Of a stretch of 64,000 nt of DNA, positions 51,770 to 64,000 are shown piece by piece. The stretch is taken from positions 17,121,045 to 17,185,044 of the forward strand of contig NC_092680.1 of assembly GCF_964355755.1 (NCBI RefSeq), written 5' to 3'. Source of the DNA: Antedon mediterranea. Lineage: Eukaryota; Animalia; Echinodermata. Numbering within the stretch: the stretch's first letter is position 1; every line of letters begins with the position of its first letter. Position numbers and translations under genes: made by a program. The notes under the pieces are model-generated. The model saw only the letters and a list, made by a program, of their open reading frames with translations, was not told the origin of the DNA and made no database searches.

Positions 51770-52464
51770 AGTTGGCTTGGTCTGTGATATAGTATCACAG
51801 ACCATGGGTATAAACCCATTGGCATTCTTGATCGAACGCTCTCAACCCGGTAAAATCCGCCAGGGGGGTATTCTGCCCCCCTTCCCCCCACCTGTTACGC
51901 CACTGCGTACATTACAGCATAGGTATACTCTAGAAATAATCTACTATAATAATTATAAAAGCGTCATCATGTCCATATATGGTCACATAAAGTTTGATAG
52001 TGTCGGAAATTAAGGTTTACAGAAAACAACAGGATATTTTAAGTGGCAAGAATATCAATCCTGTAATTTTTCTTATAAAATAGATGTTATTAGAATCAGA
52101 TGTGTTCGATAATACATAAATTAATCAAATCACAACTTGACCAAGGGCATTTGCTTGTGGTCACTCTATCTTATAACATTACCACTTTCCTCCGTTGAAC
52201 ACTGAACAAAAGGCTTAGTGACCATATAATCCAATTGGTCAACCAAGAGTGGACATGCCATTGGCGACGCACCAAATGCTCCGTGATATTCTGCATTTCA
52301 AAACAGGAAATGTACTGTCCTTGAGGAAAACCACGTAAATCGGTATTATTATGTAGTTAACGTGGTTGACCGAGGAAATAAAACTTGGCTCAATTCCAAT
52401 TTTGTTGTTGACAATCAAAAAATCCAATTTGTCAATGAATACTAAAACAAAAGATAAATTAAAC

Positions 52465-52557
52465 ATCCTCAGGTATAATCCCATCCTCAGGTATAATCCC
52501 ATCCTTACTGTAGGTATAAGCCCATCCTCGGGTATAAGCCCATCCTCGAAAATAAGC
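52465..52557. repeat. 18-bp tandem repeat (about 4.5 units)
   Basis: CATCCTC(A/G)GGTATAA(T/G)CC repeated. Confidence 0.85.
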
Positions 52558-52864
52558 AATTTTATACAACTGACCAGTTACAATATATATAGTATAAGTA
52601 AACAATATATACAACTATGTACTGTTATTTGTTTAAAAGCACTCTGGTATTTTTGTTGTTTATTCCAATAAAAAATAGGTTAAGTTCACACTTGGGATTT
52701 TAAAATTAGCGTAGATGGCTAAAAAACAAACGGTGTACTAACACCATTTACACTGACAATGAGCATTTGCTTTTATCGTGTAACTTATAAAATGTTATGT
52801 TCGAATGTAATAATATTACAACAATTATACATTATTATTTTTTTATATTTTTTTTAACCATATT

Positions 52865-53082
52865 TAATGAGGGTGATCCATCTAGCTATTGCTGATCATT
52901 AGGGACCCTCAGAGGTTCACAAGACAAACATATACACAAGATGCTCTACATAAACAAAGTCTTATTACAAGTCTTTGGGAGTGGAGTTGTAATTTGGTCC
53001 TTAGAAAAAATCCGACGGGACTTAACCCAGGACCCTTGGAGTGGTAGCCAAGCATCATAACCACCAAGCCACAACTCCACTC
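52865..53082 (-). mobile_element. tRNA-derived SINE-like element, copy 2
   Basis: AGTGGAGTTGTGGCTTGGTGGTTATGATGCTTGGCTACCACTCCAAGGGTCCTGGGTTAAGTCCC tRNA-like head on the minus strand. Confidence 0.65.
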
Positions 53083-53483
53083 CATTATTGTCATATAAAT
53101 GTAAACAAAAACTTTGGAAGTGGAGTAACATTTATTCAACCAAAAAAAATGATGAATCCAGTGAATATCAAAGTCCTATAATATAAAATCTACATTCAGT
53201 AAAGCTTAATTCCCACTTGGATAAAACGCAACGACGTAGGTGCAACGCAAGTGAGTAAACGAAGCGCAAGCAGCAGTTGTAATAAACAAGACAGAATTTA
53301 CAAAACAATATAATACATCATATTATTCATTCACAAACTTTAAAAATGTCAATTTTTTCCCACATTTTTCACATTAATTAAAGCTCAGGTACAGGCATGA
53401 ATTTTAAATATAATATTTGGTTAATTGTACATAAATCAAATATTTGTAACAGAAATCGAGACGAAAAAACATGAATTTCCCTT

Positions 53484-54014
53484 GATAATTGATAAATTTA
53501 TTGAACGAACGCTTTTGTATCAGCGGCACACGTTTATAAGACGGTGCGTTCATTTACAAGGCAATGTAAAAACAAAAAGAAAAGTATCAAAAAATAACAT
53601 TTAAGTCTTAACTAAGAAGCGAATTATACAAGTAAAATGAAATTAGTAAAAACAAGGTAATCTTACATATCGAACAATACTTAACCTATATGCTGGAGTT
53701 AATGTTATTATCTATTTATTATCAGTATTATTAATATTTTCAAGTTTTAAGCGAATATATTATCATTATTATTACTAAAAAAATATATATATATATATAT
53801 ATATATATAATTGCTAATTGATTTATTATACTGTTATTATTAAAATAAATGCAACTTTTATATGATTATTTGTTCTTATTATATTTAATATTAATAGTTA
53901 TTTGTAATTTAATTAAATGTGATACAATTTTTATTATACTATTTAGTCTTATTTTTAGTACTGTATTATTTATTTATTTTATTTAGATTTAGGTTACATT
54001 ATATAATTTTAAAG

Positions 54015-54057
<43 letters not shown>

Positions 54058-54420
54058 TATATATAAAAATATAATATATTATTGAATTAGATAAATGGTA
54101 AAATAATGTTAGTAGATAATATGGTGGGCGGTAAATATTTATATATTATATATTAAGTGTAGTCTTTCTATGTCTCCATGCAGCAGTTAAGTATTGTTTA
54201 CAGTGATAGTCTACAATTTCACCGATTCTCTCAAATGGAAATTCTAAATAAAGGTCATCAAGTAAAATATGATGTTGGTATTCGATTGTACCACTTCTAA
54301 AATTCTCCCAGAATGTATCATAACCACAATACAATAAATCCATTTTTAGTAAGTTAAAATGTGTTTCTCTTACATTTTTAAGGTTTGAACATTCAAGTAG
54401 AAAATGGTCTGTAGTTTCAA
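53484..54420 (-). mobile_element. 5'-truncated non-LTR retrotransposon (ORF2 C-terminus, 3'UTR and tail)
   Basis: Absent from Kolobok copies 1 and 2; ends with AATAAA followed by TTATCAATTATC on the minus strand. Confidence 0.85.
54146..54420 (-). pseudogene. C-terminal zinc-knuckle fragment of a LINE reverse transcriptase ORF
   Basis: ETTDHFLLECSNLKNVR matches the E-T-x-x-H-x-L-x-x-C half of the CCHC motif of non-LTR ORF2; open to the stop at 54146; the ORF-track N-terminus is Kolobok sequence. Confidence 0.8.
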
Positions 54421-55391
54421 TTAATATGGTCAAATACAAAATTTGGCAAAATTCTTCCATAAAAACCAGGAAGACTTTTTTTCAGTAGTTAGGTAGTTAA
54501 CCTAATGTAATAACATGTCGGGTGACTCCCTAGATTGTGAAAAAAGATGGTGGATATACGGTGGATAATTTTTGCTATAGCATAAAAATAAAAATTTGAA
54601 GTTGAATAAAAATATCAGAAATGTAATATTCAAGTTATATTACCTATATTTAGTCATCTGATAAAATTTTTTACCACACCATTTATTTTTCATAGCTTTT
54701 TAAAATGCCTCGCTATTTACAAAATTTGTGTACAAAAGAATAGAGATTTTACTGTGTAATTTGAACTATCCCCCCACTGATAAGAAAGTGCTTATTTCCA
54801 ACAAGCTCGTGTAACACAAATAAAATCCCAAAAATTATGAAACATAGGGGAAACTATAGATCGATAATTATTGGAATGTATGATCAATAGAAATTTTTTG
54901 CCCGCACTTGGCCTTTAATACCTTTATTTGTTTACAGTTTTTCGTCTATTCTATTTCGAGTCATCAATACTTGTTAGCCTAATTGTTGAATATTTGTTTT
55001 TCAATGCCAGGAGTCAAAAAATATAGGTTAAATTAGTTTGTGAAATAACAATACAGTAAGATTCTTATAGACACAAACTTCACTGTTTATATTTAATATA
55101 GTAAATTATTCATTAAAAATAGAAAGACTACAACAGAAGATAGGATTAAGTTGTTAAAATACGTTAAGCTGGGCTTTGTATTGGCTTTCCCTATGGAGAG
55201 CTATAAAAGTAATCCTATGGGAATGAGTCAGATCAGAAAGTGGGAAAAGATGTTAATGTTGGTCTGCTCAACTCAACTTTAGCAACGTAAAAAATAATCT
55301 CCGACCACACGCGATGAATGAGCACATAAGCACATTTGTGTACATACGGTAAAATCATAAAATTGTATGAACAATATATCATCTATGCTAT

Positions 55392-55675
55392 TTTATTTGC
55401 AGTCACACATTACAAACATTCATAATAATACATGTTTTATATTTATCAGTAGGTATTAGGTTTATTTACATTGTTCATAGTGTTTGAAAAAGTAGAATGT
55501 TATTTACAATTCAATCATAGAAACCGAAAACACTGTAGTGTCTTTGTATTGTTTAAATTTATTTGCAGTCACATACAAACATTCATAATAAATATTATGT
55601 TTTATATTTATCAGTAGGTAAGGTTATTTACATTGTTCATGGTGTTTGAAAAAAATATAAATGTTATTTACAATT
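55392..55675. repeat. Local direct duplication, period about 166 bp
   Basis: TTTATTTGCAGTCACA...TGTTATTTACAATT present twice. Confidence 0.85.
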
Positions 55676-55946
55676 TACTATTCATTTTATTATTTCAATT
55701 TACAATATTTCAATATATCCAGTTTATATTATTCCAAATTATCAATATTATGTAGCGGTTATCTGTAGTTTTTCTTTTAGCATAAATCAATCATTGGTGA
55801 CTAATAAAGTTATATATATTTCTAGAGAATAGAGACCAGGATGGAAAATTATTTAAATAATGTATAGGATAGAATTCTAAAATCATATTTCTAATTAAAC
55901 ATGATTTAATATCCAATATAATCCAGTAAACTACCTTGATTTTGAT

Positions 55947-56156
55947 ACAGTGGAACCTTTCCTTTGGGACCATTATTCCTCACAACCTCTATTAAGGGGA
56001 CACTTTCATCAAATGAGGAGCAATGCTATAGTAGCATCTCACTGTTTAACAGAACATGATCTGATTCAAAATACAGTAAAACCTCTATTAAGGGACATCT
56101 TCTTCCTTAAATAGGATGTCTCCTGAGTAGGGATGTCTGAAATGTGAGGTTCTATT
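55947..56156. mobile_element. Cluster of Tc1/mariner-like MITE remnants
   Basis: TA|CAGTGGAACCT and TA|CAGTAAAACCTCTATTAAGGGACA left ends, and GAGGTTCTA right end. Confidence 0.55.
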
Positions 56157-56182
56157 CTATTGTACTTTAAATTCATAAATAA

Positions 56183-56302
56183 AGATCTGTCTACACTATC
56201 AAACTTTATGTGCTGTGTTTATATATATGGACACAATGACATCATATCACTATCATATTTGAGCATATCACACTTTTTTTTTCAAACTTGTGTACACAGA
56301 GA
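56183..56302. mobile_element. Harbinger-like MITE family A, diverged copy
   Basis: TCTGTCTACACTATCAAACTTTATGTG plus the family core. Confidence 0.7.
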
Positions 56303-59300
56303 AGCGTACATTATTTAAATTTAATATTCAGATAGTTTAGCAAGATAGAGCACTGACAATTACTGTTGAATTATTGTTTTATCAGGTTTAGATATATAGG
56401 CCTGAATCAAAGCTAGTTTATCGGAGCAGAGTCGATTATTTACACTTTCAAGAATAGTATATAGCCTACTGTTTTTCTAATGGTACAGTTACCTTTAAAA
56501 TAAAAATATATATAATTACAAATTAATAAAAAAAATCAATTCCAAAAGTAAAGACCAGATCTAGGTTATAATATTTGACTTCAAAACAGTATTTGGTCAT
56601 TTAGCCTATATTAGTGCTAAGATCATTTAAAAGATCATTTTATATTCTAGCCATCGGCAACTGGTCATAAACAATATAATGCAATTAATCACTATAAAAC
56701 AACATTCTCATAGTAACTCAAAATGTCAAAACCAAAATTCATATTATTTTTATAGCATAAAATAAATGTAGAATAATAAATGTAAAGCGGCACTAATTGG
56801 AACTGTGCTCTCAGTTTTCCACCATAATTACATTCTTCAACCATGTACATGTATAAATATTTTCATGCATTAATAATGCTAACAATCACTAACCAATAAA
56901 TTTGATTGTCAGGTTATTCTTAACTTACAACTGGGTAGGGAAATTTGTTTGAACCATTTAAAAGTACACTATTATGTGAAAAGATCAGAGCTATATTTGT
57001 GTCTCCATTTCGCCTAAATATTTTCACGTCTGATTTGATACTAAACTTCAAAGGGTTAAGTTTGTATTGATAAACTTGCAGTTCTTAATAACTTCTTGAA
57101 CGTATTAAGTCTGTCATCCTCTTTCTGTGTATATTATAACTTCCACTTTGGGATAATAAAACGTGAATTCAAGGGATAGTATTAAAAAATTGGTTGCATT
57201 TAAACTTTTAAGTTTAACTTTTAAACTTAAGAGCTGTCTCTCATTTGTCATTTGTTGTCTATGGGTCTATACTTCAAGTCCAAGTTTATTTATTCAGGCA
57301 TGAAAATAATACAGTACAGACATGCAAGGTATTTACTAAAGTTGTGCAAGGAAAACAGCTTAAAATCTAGTTCTCAAAAAAGGTATATGTTAATTTGATG
57401 AGTAAATATTTTAAAAATGTTTAGAATAAATCAACCATTAGACATAGCCTACACTTTTGTTAAATATTAAAAATAAAGTAGTAGTATTTATAAAACCAGT
57501 AGAAAGTTTTAGGAAACCATAAATACTGTATAGGTTGGGTAAAGATTAATTTTAATTTGATTAGATGCAGATAGTTCAGTAGATAAAATTGAATATCAAA
57601 ACTGCTAATAAAAAGTGTCTTTAATAACAATATCATTTAATAATGATATCAATCAATCAATTTAATTGGAATTACACCTTTACATTGGTGTCACACACAA
57701 AAAGTGATGCATCCAAAATAATGTAATATATGTTGAAATATACAACTAATTAATATTAATATGAATAGTACTATTAACCAAAAGTAAATTTTATTATATA
57801 CAGTACAGTATTCTAGAAAATAACACTCAATCCACATAGAAAAGAAAAAGTTATACGCACAACTCATCTTAGAAAAAAAGATAACATAATAATCTAACTA
57901 ATTTTAACTACTTTAAGGAAATATACTAACCCCAGGGGTAGGTGAGACAGATACCATGGCAACATAAAAGATATCTTCCATTACTTGAGACTGCAACAAT
58001 ATTATACCTTGGGGAAGTAGGGGGAGAAATGTGGCAACATAAATGAATAAATGTCTTTTCTTTCAGACATTTTAAAGATACATCATTTTAATACGTAATA
58101 CTTAAGTATTATGCAATGTCTCAAGCATAACAATAGACACTAAAGAATAAATAGAGAAAGCCAACTTATGTCTCTGCAGCTCATCCCGTGGGATCTTGAC
58201 AGAGACTGCTGTACTCCTCTTCATCTGGGGACACATCAGTCTTTATCACCCAGGGAGATCTCTGACAGAGGGCTCCACTACGACCAGATGGTCTCAATTA
58301 TTACACAAAATGTGATGATGATTGGATTGAAAAGTAAATAAAGGGGGTTGGGGATAGGAGGATTACATCCTTTTCCATCACCATCTAGGGAACTTTAAAT
58401 TGTCTGGGATGATAATGACTATTGTACAACAAGATAAATCAAGGAGGCAGTTGGATTACTCAGATGATCGTTTCCGATTGTAATGTAAAATTTTAGCAAT
58501 TTATTCATAAAATGATTACTTTGTGTACCATAAAAATGATAAATTATTTCCTAAGTTTTCTAATGAGTTTCATAGAGATTATTTCCAGTCTATTTCACAA
58601 TGAGAATCTCATCAGTTACAACAATACCCTAATTACTGCAACTGCTGCCTACAATATTGCATCATATAAATCATATCAAACATTGTCCAAATTCGCATTC
58701 CATTATAAAGTTATTATTACATTAATATAGTATGGTATCATATTTCCAAATTTGTTGTTATTTTTTTATTCTTCAAAATATTACGAAGATAACAACCTGC
58801 CTCCATTAATAAATTGGCTTAAAAATCCATATTAATTATATGAGGCAAGGTAGTACCAATGAATTGGATGTCAGAAAAATCATATATCTTCGACAGGATT
58901 TGAACCAGAGACCATTTTTATAAATTTCTTATAAGTGTTACAGACCGTATTATAGAATTACATAAATAAACTTGTATAGCAAAAATATACAACCAGCAAT
59001 AATCAGATAAAAAAATTGTAAAAAATGTTTAGGTAAGCACGGTTTCTACAAATAAATAAAAAGGATCATGAATGTAATGAGGAATATTGATTGTATTTTA
59101 TTTAGATGTTCAGATTAAAACTGCAGGCAAATTACTCTCGATCTTACAGCCTATTAATACGGTCATAAAAGAAATACAGATAAATTAAATTATAAAAATG
59201 TTTTAATCCGATGACATTGCAATGTAAATCTATGTCAAATAGCGCTCTTTAAAATAAATTGTTTTTGTTAAAATATTATGATTTATAAAACATTGAATTA

Positions 59301-59592
59301 TTAATTTTATTATTTAATTTTAAAAAGAAAATGCATTCCTTCAGGGTTAACAATCATGCAATTTCAAAACAATATTTATAATTATTTTAGCAACTTTACA
59401 CACGCTATTAGTCGTGCATAAATAAGAAGCGAACTATGGCCTATATCTTATTTTGAATGACCTCATTTTATAGAACTAGGTCTATATGTATGATACATTG
59501 ATTCTGCTATCACTCACTGATTTTTTCTTTATTTTAGTTTTCTTTTAAATGTGCACATACACTATATAACAATGTTTACGTTGGCATCAAAT

Positions 59593-60560
59593 GAGGCCTG
59601 GCATCACAAAAGCAGCGCGGATTTGCAACCCGAACTTTTGAGATATTTAGCCTTGAAGTTCAGAATGTGAATTTAATTTGCCCAACCTACCCATTTTAAA
59701 ATGTCAACAAAAAACGATAGTATAAACACTTATCTTTAACATATCAAACTCTTGTTCATAAAAAAATATCACAAGTATGTGTATTTTGCAATTATTTAAG
59801 TCGTTTCCATTGAAAATCATTAGGAATTGGTATTTTTGTTCACTCAAAAATCAACTTTCTTTACGGCGCTTTTGTAAACAAACCACTAACCCGAATCACG
59901 TCATGTTTGGTACCTATCTGTTCGAAAATATATTAGCTAACATAATTTTTAACAACCTAAGGGATTTTTTAAAATCTAGCCAATGGAAATTGGTTTATTA
60001 AGGTGTTAGGTTGCTGAATTTTCTAAGAAGAATTTATGAATCCTTGACTGTGATTGGCTATAGAGATAAATTACGCTCTCTGATTGGCTGACACTTTTGT
60101 TTACGATAAGCAGCATGGCTTCTATCGTAGTTTCTCGAATGAACGTTTCAACATTTTGTGAATATTTAGGAAGTTAATCGTTATTTTTATCCATATATTT
60201 TTTTTAAATAAAAAAAAATATAATATTATTTACCACACAGTGATATTATTTTTGACTAGTTTGCCGTTATATTGAGAAGAAAATAGCGAGTTTTGACAGA
60301 GAGTCTTGTCACGTTGATCGGCAGGCTAGGCTAGGCCTAGCTAAACGGCGTCGCTACTTCATTGTTGATTTTCTCAAAATGAAGATTTTCTGAGCTAGAA
60401 AGTGACTCGTATGTTTTTATTAATAACTCTTCATATAATAAACCAATTTTAATAAACAACGGCTCATTTTAAATCTTATTAAATATAGATTAATAAGAAT
60501 ATATAAAAATCGAAAAAAATATTATTTCAGACACATGCCGATTTTGTGATGCCATGCCTC
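59593..60560. mobile_element. Sola-like non-autonomous element (968 bp)
   Basis: TIR GAGGCCTGGCATCACAAAA / TTTTGTGATGCCATGCCTC (18 of 19 match) and 4-bp TSD AAAT; GAG termini with a 4-bp TSD fit Sola. Confidence 0.82.
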
Positions 60561-63500
60561 AAATATAAAAACTCAATTCTAATTATTGATAAACCATCTA
60601 ATTTTGAATTTTTTTAAATTTCAATTTAAAGATAATGTTCCCTAAAAACATGAAAAATGAAGATTAAAAAAAAAACTTTGAATAGGCCATTTCGCAGTTT
60701 TAATCAAGTATCACTTCCATAGAAAAAAACATTTTTAAATAATGCTTTCATTTTTTTTTAAAGACAAAATAAACAGTTAAATTCAACCAAAAACCCATTG
60801 ATTGCGATTTCTCTTTTTGTTTTTCTATTACTTTTTTAGTATTGTTTTATGTTACAAAAATAAAGATATTACTACTAAGTTCCATCTTTACATGTTGTCT
60901 TAATAGTTGTTTATGTTATGTATAAACTGAAAAGAAAAAAAAAGAATAAAGAATAAAATTGGGTCAAAATTGGATCACTCAAAAGAAAAAAAAAAGGTTT
61001 TATCGTCACAATTAACGATTTTTTGATTTCTACACTTTGAACAAACAACTTTTAACCGTCAAAATTTTGTTAGCAATTATACTGTATCTGTTGCCAAATT
61101 AAAAGTCAACAATTCAATTCACTTATTATACTACCCGTTATGCTACATCATAATGTAATTTTAAATGATACCTTCGTTTTAATTTGAAGAAAATAAATGT
61201 TACTTTGAATTGAGTTGAATAAAACCGAAGGTGAATCACTCGGGATTAAAGGTTTAAACAGGCCAAGTTCAATTAAATTGAGGCTCTCTATCTACATTAT
61301 ATTCGTTTTTTTTAGAATTTAGGAATTAAATTGTCTGTATCTGACGCATAAATGATATCCCGATCAACCTTGAATGACCTTAGATTCAGAGAAACATTCT
61401 GAAGAAAAGTCAATAAACTGGAAAAAGATTTACTTAAATCAGATAAATTAGGCCTATACAATTGTTAACGATTCTTTTAAATGGAAATTATCAAGAAAAC
61501 ATTTCTAAGAATATAAAGAAATAACATACCTGAAACTTTATGTTTGGAAGTAATGTTATAATAATCAAACATTTTGACTGTGCCAATTTGTAAAACAAAT
61601 ATTGTACGTATTTTACAGTAACAAGTATTTAAATTAATTTGAAAAGAATCATAGTAGTACACAATTATTAAAGATTATCTTTTAAATGAAAATATCATGA
61701 AAAAAACAAAACATACTTGATTATAAAACTATATAATAATAATAAGAGATTCAATAATATTTACAGAAAAAAAAGATTTCTAAATTAATATTAATTCATT
61801 ACACTTACAGTTAATATTTACCGCCTGTTATTTTTGGGCTACCCTGGAAAAAAATGTTTTTATTTTTTAGATTTTTCATATAGATATAGATAAACAATAA
61901 GGCACAAAATGAACTAAGCAACTGAAACAACAATATAACAACATAATTCCCATGCATATAGAATATTATAGATAAACATTTTAAAATGAGATCCCTCTGG
62001 GGTTTCCCTTAGGAAGACCCTCTGAATCAGCCATAAAAACTCAGCTCCAACCTCAAATAACCCTGGTAAATTACCAGGAACACTAAATCGTTATAAAAAA
62101 TTAGTTCAAATTGATCATGTAAAGTGTGAACACCTGTTAATTTATATTGGTGACACAAACTTAGTTATGAGCAGTGGCAGGTGGGTTGAAAGTTGGTAGT
62201 AAGCCTATTTAACAAATGCTGACTCAACTCTCACAATGGTCAACAATTCAATTTAGTTTTTAGAGCTGTGTAGATATAAAATTTGGTTACATCTTCTACA
62301 TTCACATTTGGTTACAACAAATACAATTTAACAATTGAGTATAATGTACATAGATTCTCAAAAAAATTTGTACTTAAAATTGTAAATAATTATTGTAGAC
62401 ATTTTTATTCTCGTAGTTGATATTTCCCTTTTTTTTCCTTTGATGTATTGAAATGTTAAACTTCAATTTGTTTACGAATTGCAATAACAAAACAACATTG
62501 ATTGGTTTCAATATTAGAATAAAATTAATTGTTCAGACTATTGTGTTTTGAACACAACATAACAATTTTTCATAAAAGCGTCTTCATTTCAGATTTTTTA
62601 TATAGTCTACAGAATTTTATAAAAATAAATTTAGTTGAACAAAACAATTGTTGAAAAATAAAGATGAAACTATCAAACTTTTATTGAACCATTTTTTAAA
62701 AATAAAGTTATTCACATTTAGGAAACAAAAAATGGTTTTGCTTATAAGAAAGACAAAATAAACAGTTAAATTTAACCAAAATCCCATTGACTTCCAGACA
62801 ATGGGGTTCTGGTTGACTAATTTGACATACAAGTTTAAATAAAAGTTTTTATTAATAGGCTCAATTTTTTTTAAACTAAAGGTTAGTAATGTTGTTACAA
62901 CATCAATTGCCCTTATGTAGTCTTCACCAACTTTCAATTTGTTCTGACTGGATTAACAGACAACATAACCACAATGACAGAACGCTTAAGTTTGTAAACA
63001 GTTGTATCTTATGTGGCCGAGTAATGATTACTCGATGCTGATATTGACAATAACCAACTGCATTCACGATTCTATTAAACTTAGCATGTGTTTTAGTTTT
63101 TAACTTAATTCAGGATAGCTGACAGGTACACAAGTGCAGGCTTATAGAAAGTATTTGTTGTTTAGTTTGAACCTGCCTGAGAGCGCTTTTTAAAGACATA
63201 GGGAAAAGCTAAAAATAATACCAAAGGGCCTTTCACACCTGCTCCGATCTGGCTCCGTATAAGTTTTGCATCAGGTTGTACATCAGACATTCGTTTCCAT
63301 ATGTGCATATCAAGCAAAAAGATTGGCGCATAGCCGTGTGGAGCATTGTAAAATTTGAGATGCGACGTTTTTATTTACCATAGAAATATGTAAAGATTAG
63401 GCCCACATTGATGTACCGTACATTTCTACTGAGGTCTCACACAGTTACATTATAATGTGACAAACTAGTGTGAATGAGTGGTAACTAGGTAGAAGATCAT

Positions 63501-63685
63501 CTATTTAACAACTTGTGTTGTATTTAAATTTGGTATAGAACTACAGAAACTCCTTAATATTGTTGAACTTTGTCTAATCTAAGATTATTTAGTTAATAAA
63601 TAAATAAAAACAGTCAATTAATGTTGTTAAAAAAGTTTGTTCACAAACAGTGCCAGGTGGGTGGGAGTAGATACTTTGAGACTTA

Positions 63686-63767
63686 AATCTGTGTCTACAC
63701 TATCAAACTAGTGATATGACATCATCATGTCCATATATAGGCACATCACATTTTTTTAGTCACAGCT
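63686..63767. mobile_element. Harbinger-like MITE family A, internally deleted copy
   Basis: GTCTACACTATCAAACTAGTGATATGACATCATCATGTCCATAT; another fragment lies at 51963-52004. Confidence 0.7.
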
Positions 63768-64000
63768 TTTTAGTTTTCTCTACATTCAAAAGTAGAACTC
63801 CAAATAAGTGTGTTTCTTTCCAAATTATAGAGGGCAGCAGAGGGATTTTACAACGCATCTAAGACCAATTTCAATAATTTAATTAATTTATTAATTAATT
63901 AATTTAATTTATTATTTTGTGTTACTTAATGCTGTATGGTGTACTACTATATTTACTATATACAAACAAAAGAAAATCAATTCAAACAAAACATCGCATA

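Larger units (their letters stand above)
53382..54914 (+). mobile_element. Kolobok-like element, copy 3, split by a LINE insertion
   Basis: 53382-53483 and 54421-54914 together reconstruct copy 1; TTAA at both ends. Confidence 0.88.

Noticed and set aside
54015-54052. Poly(A) tail of the LINE fragment
   Set aside because: The LINE is on the minus strand, so this run is poly(T) within the 3'UTR; the real tail is near 53484

Overview
AT-rich (roughly 30% GC by eye) eukaryotic non-coding DNA, probably intronic or intergenic sequence of a marine invertebrate. The frequent TAGGCCTA motif suggests an echinoderm, but that is inference only. No intact host gene can be supported, and nearly all ORF-track calls look spurious. 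The window is a mosaic of non-autonomous mobile elements with readable ends and target-site duplications: Kolobok-like (3 copies), hAT, piggyBac-like, Sola-like, a Helitron, and Harbinger-like and Tc1/mariner-like MITEs. It also holds a 5S-rRNA-derived SINE, tRNA-derived SINEs, a LINE 3' fragment with a zinc-knuckle ORF remnant, and several minisatellites. The most notable items are (i) four Penelope-type minimal hammerhead ribozyme motifs within about 4.6 kb and (ii) an 86-bp tandem array formed when a 19-bp palindrome with an 8-bp duplication entered a 59-bp unit and was then amplified 8 times. Also notable are the 5S-headed SINE, nested insertions with their empty sites visible in the same window, and abundant TACAGTA/TACTGTA motifs resembling transposon excision footprints.
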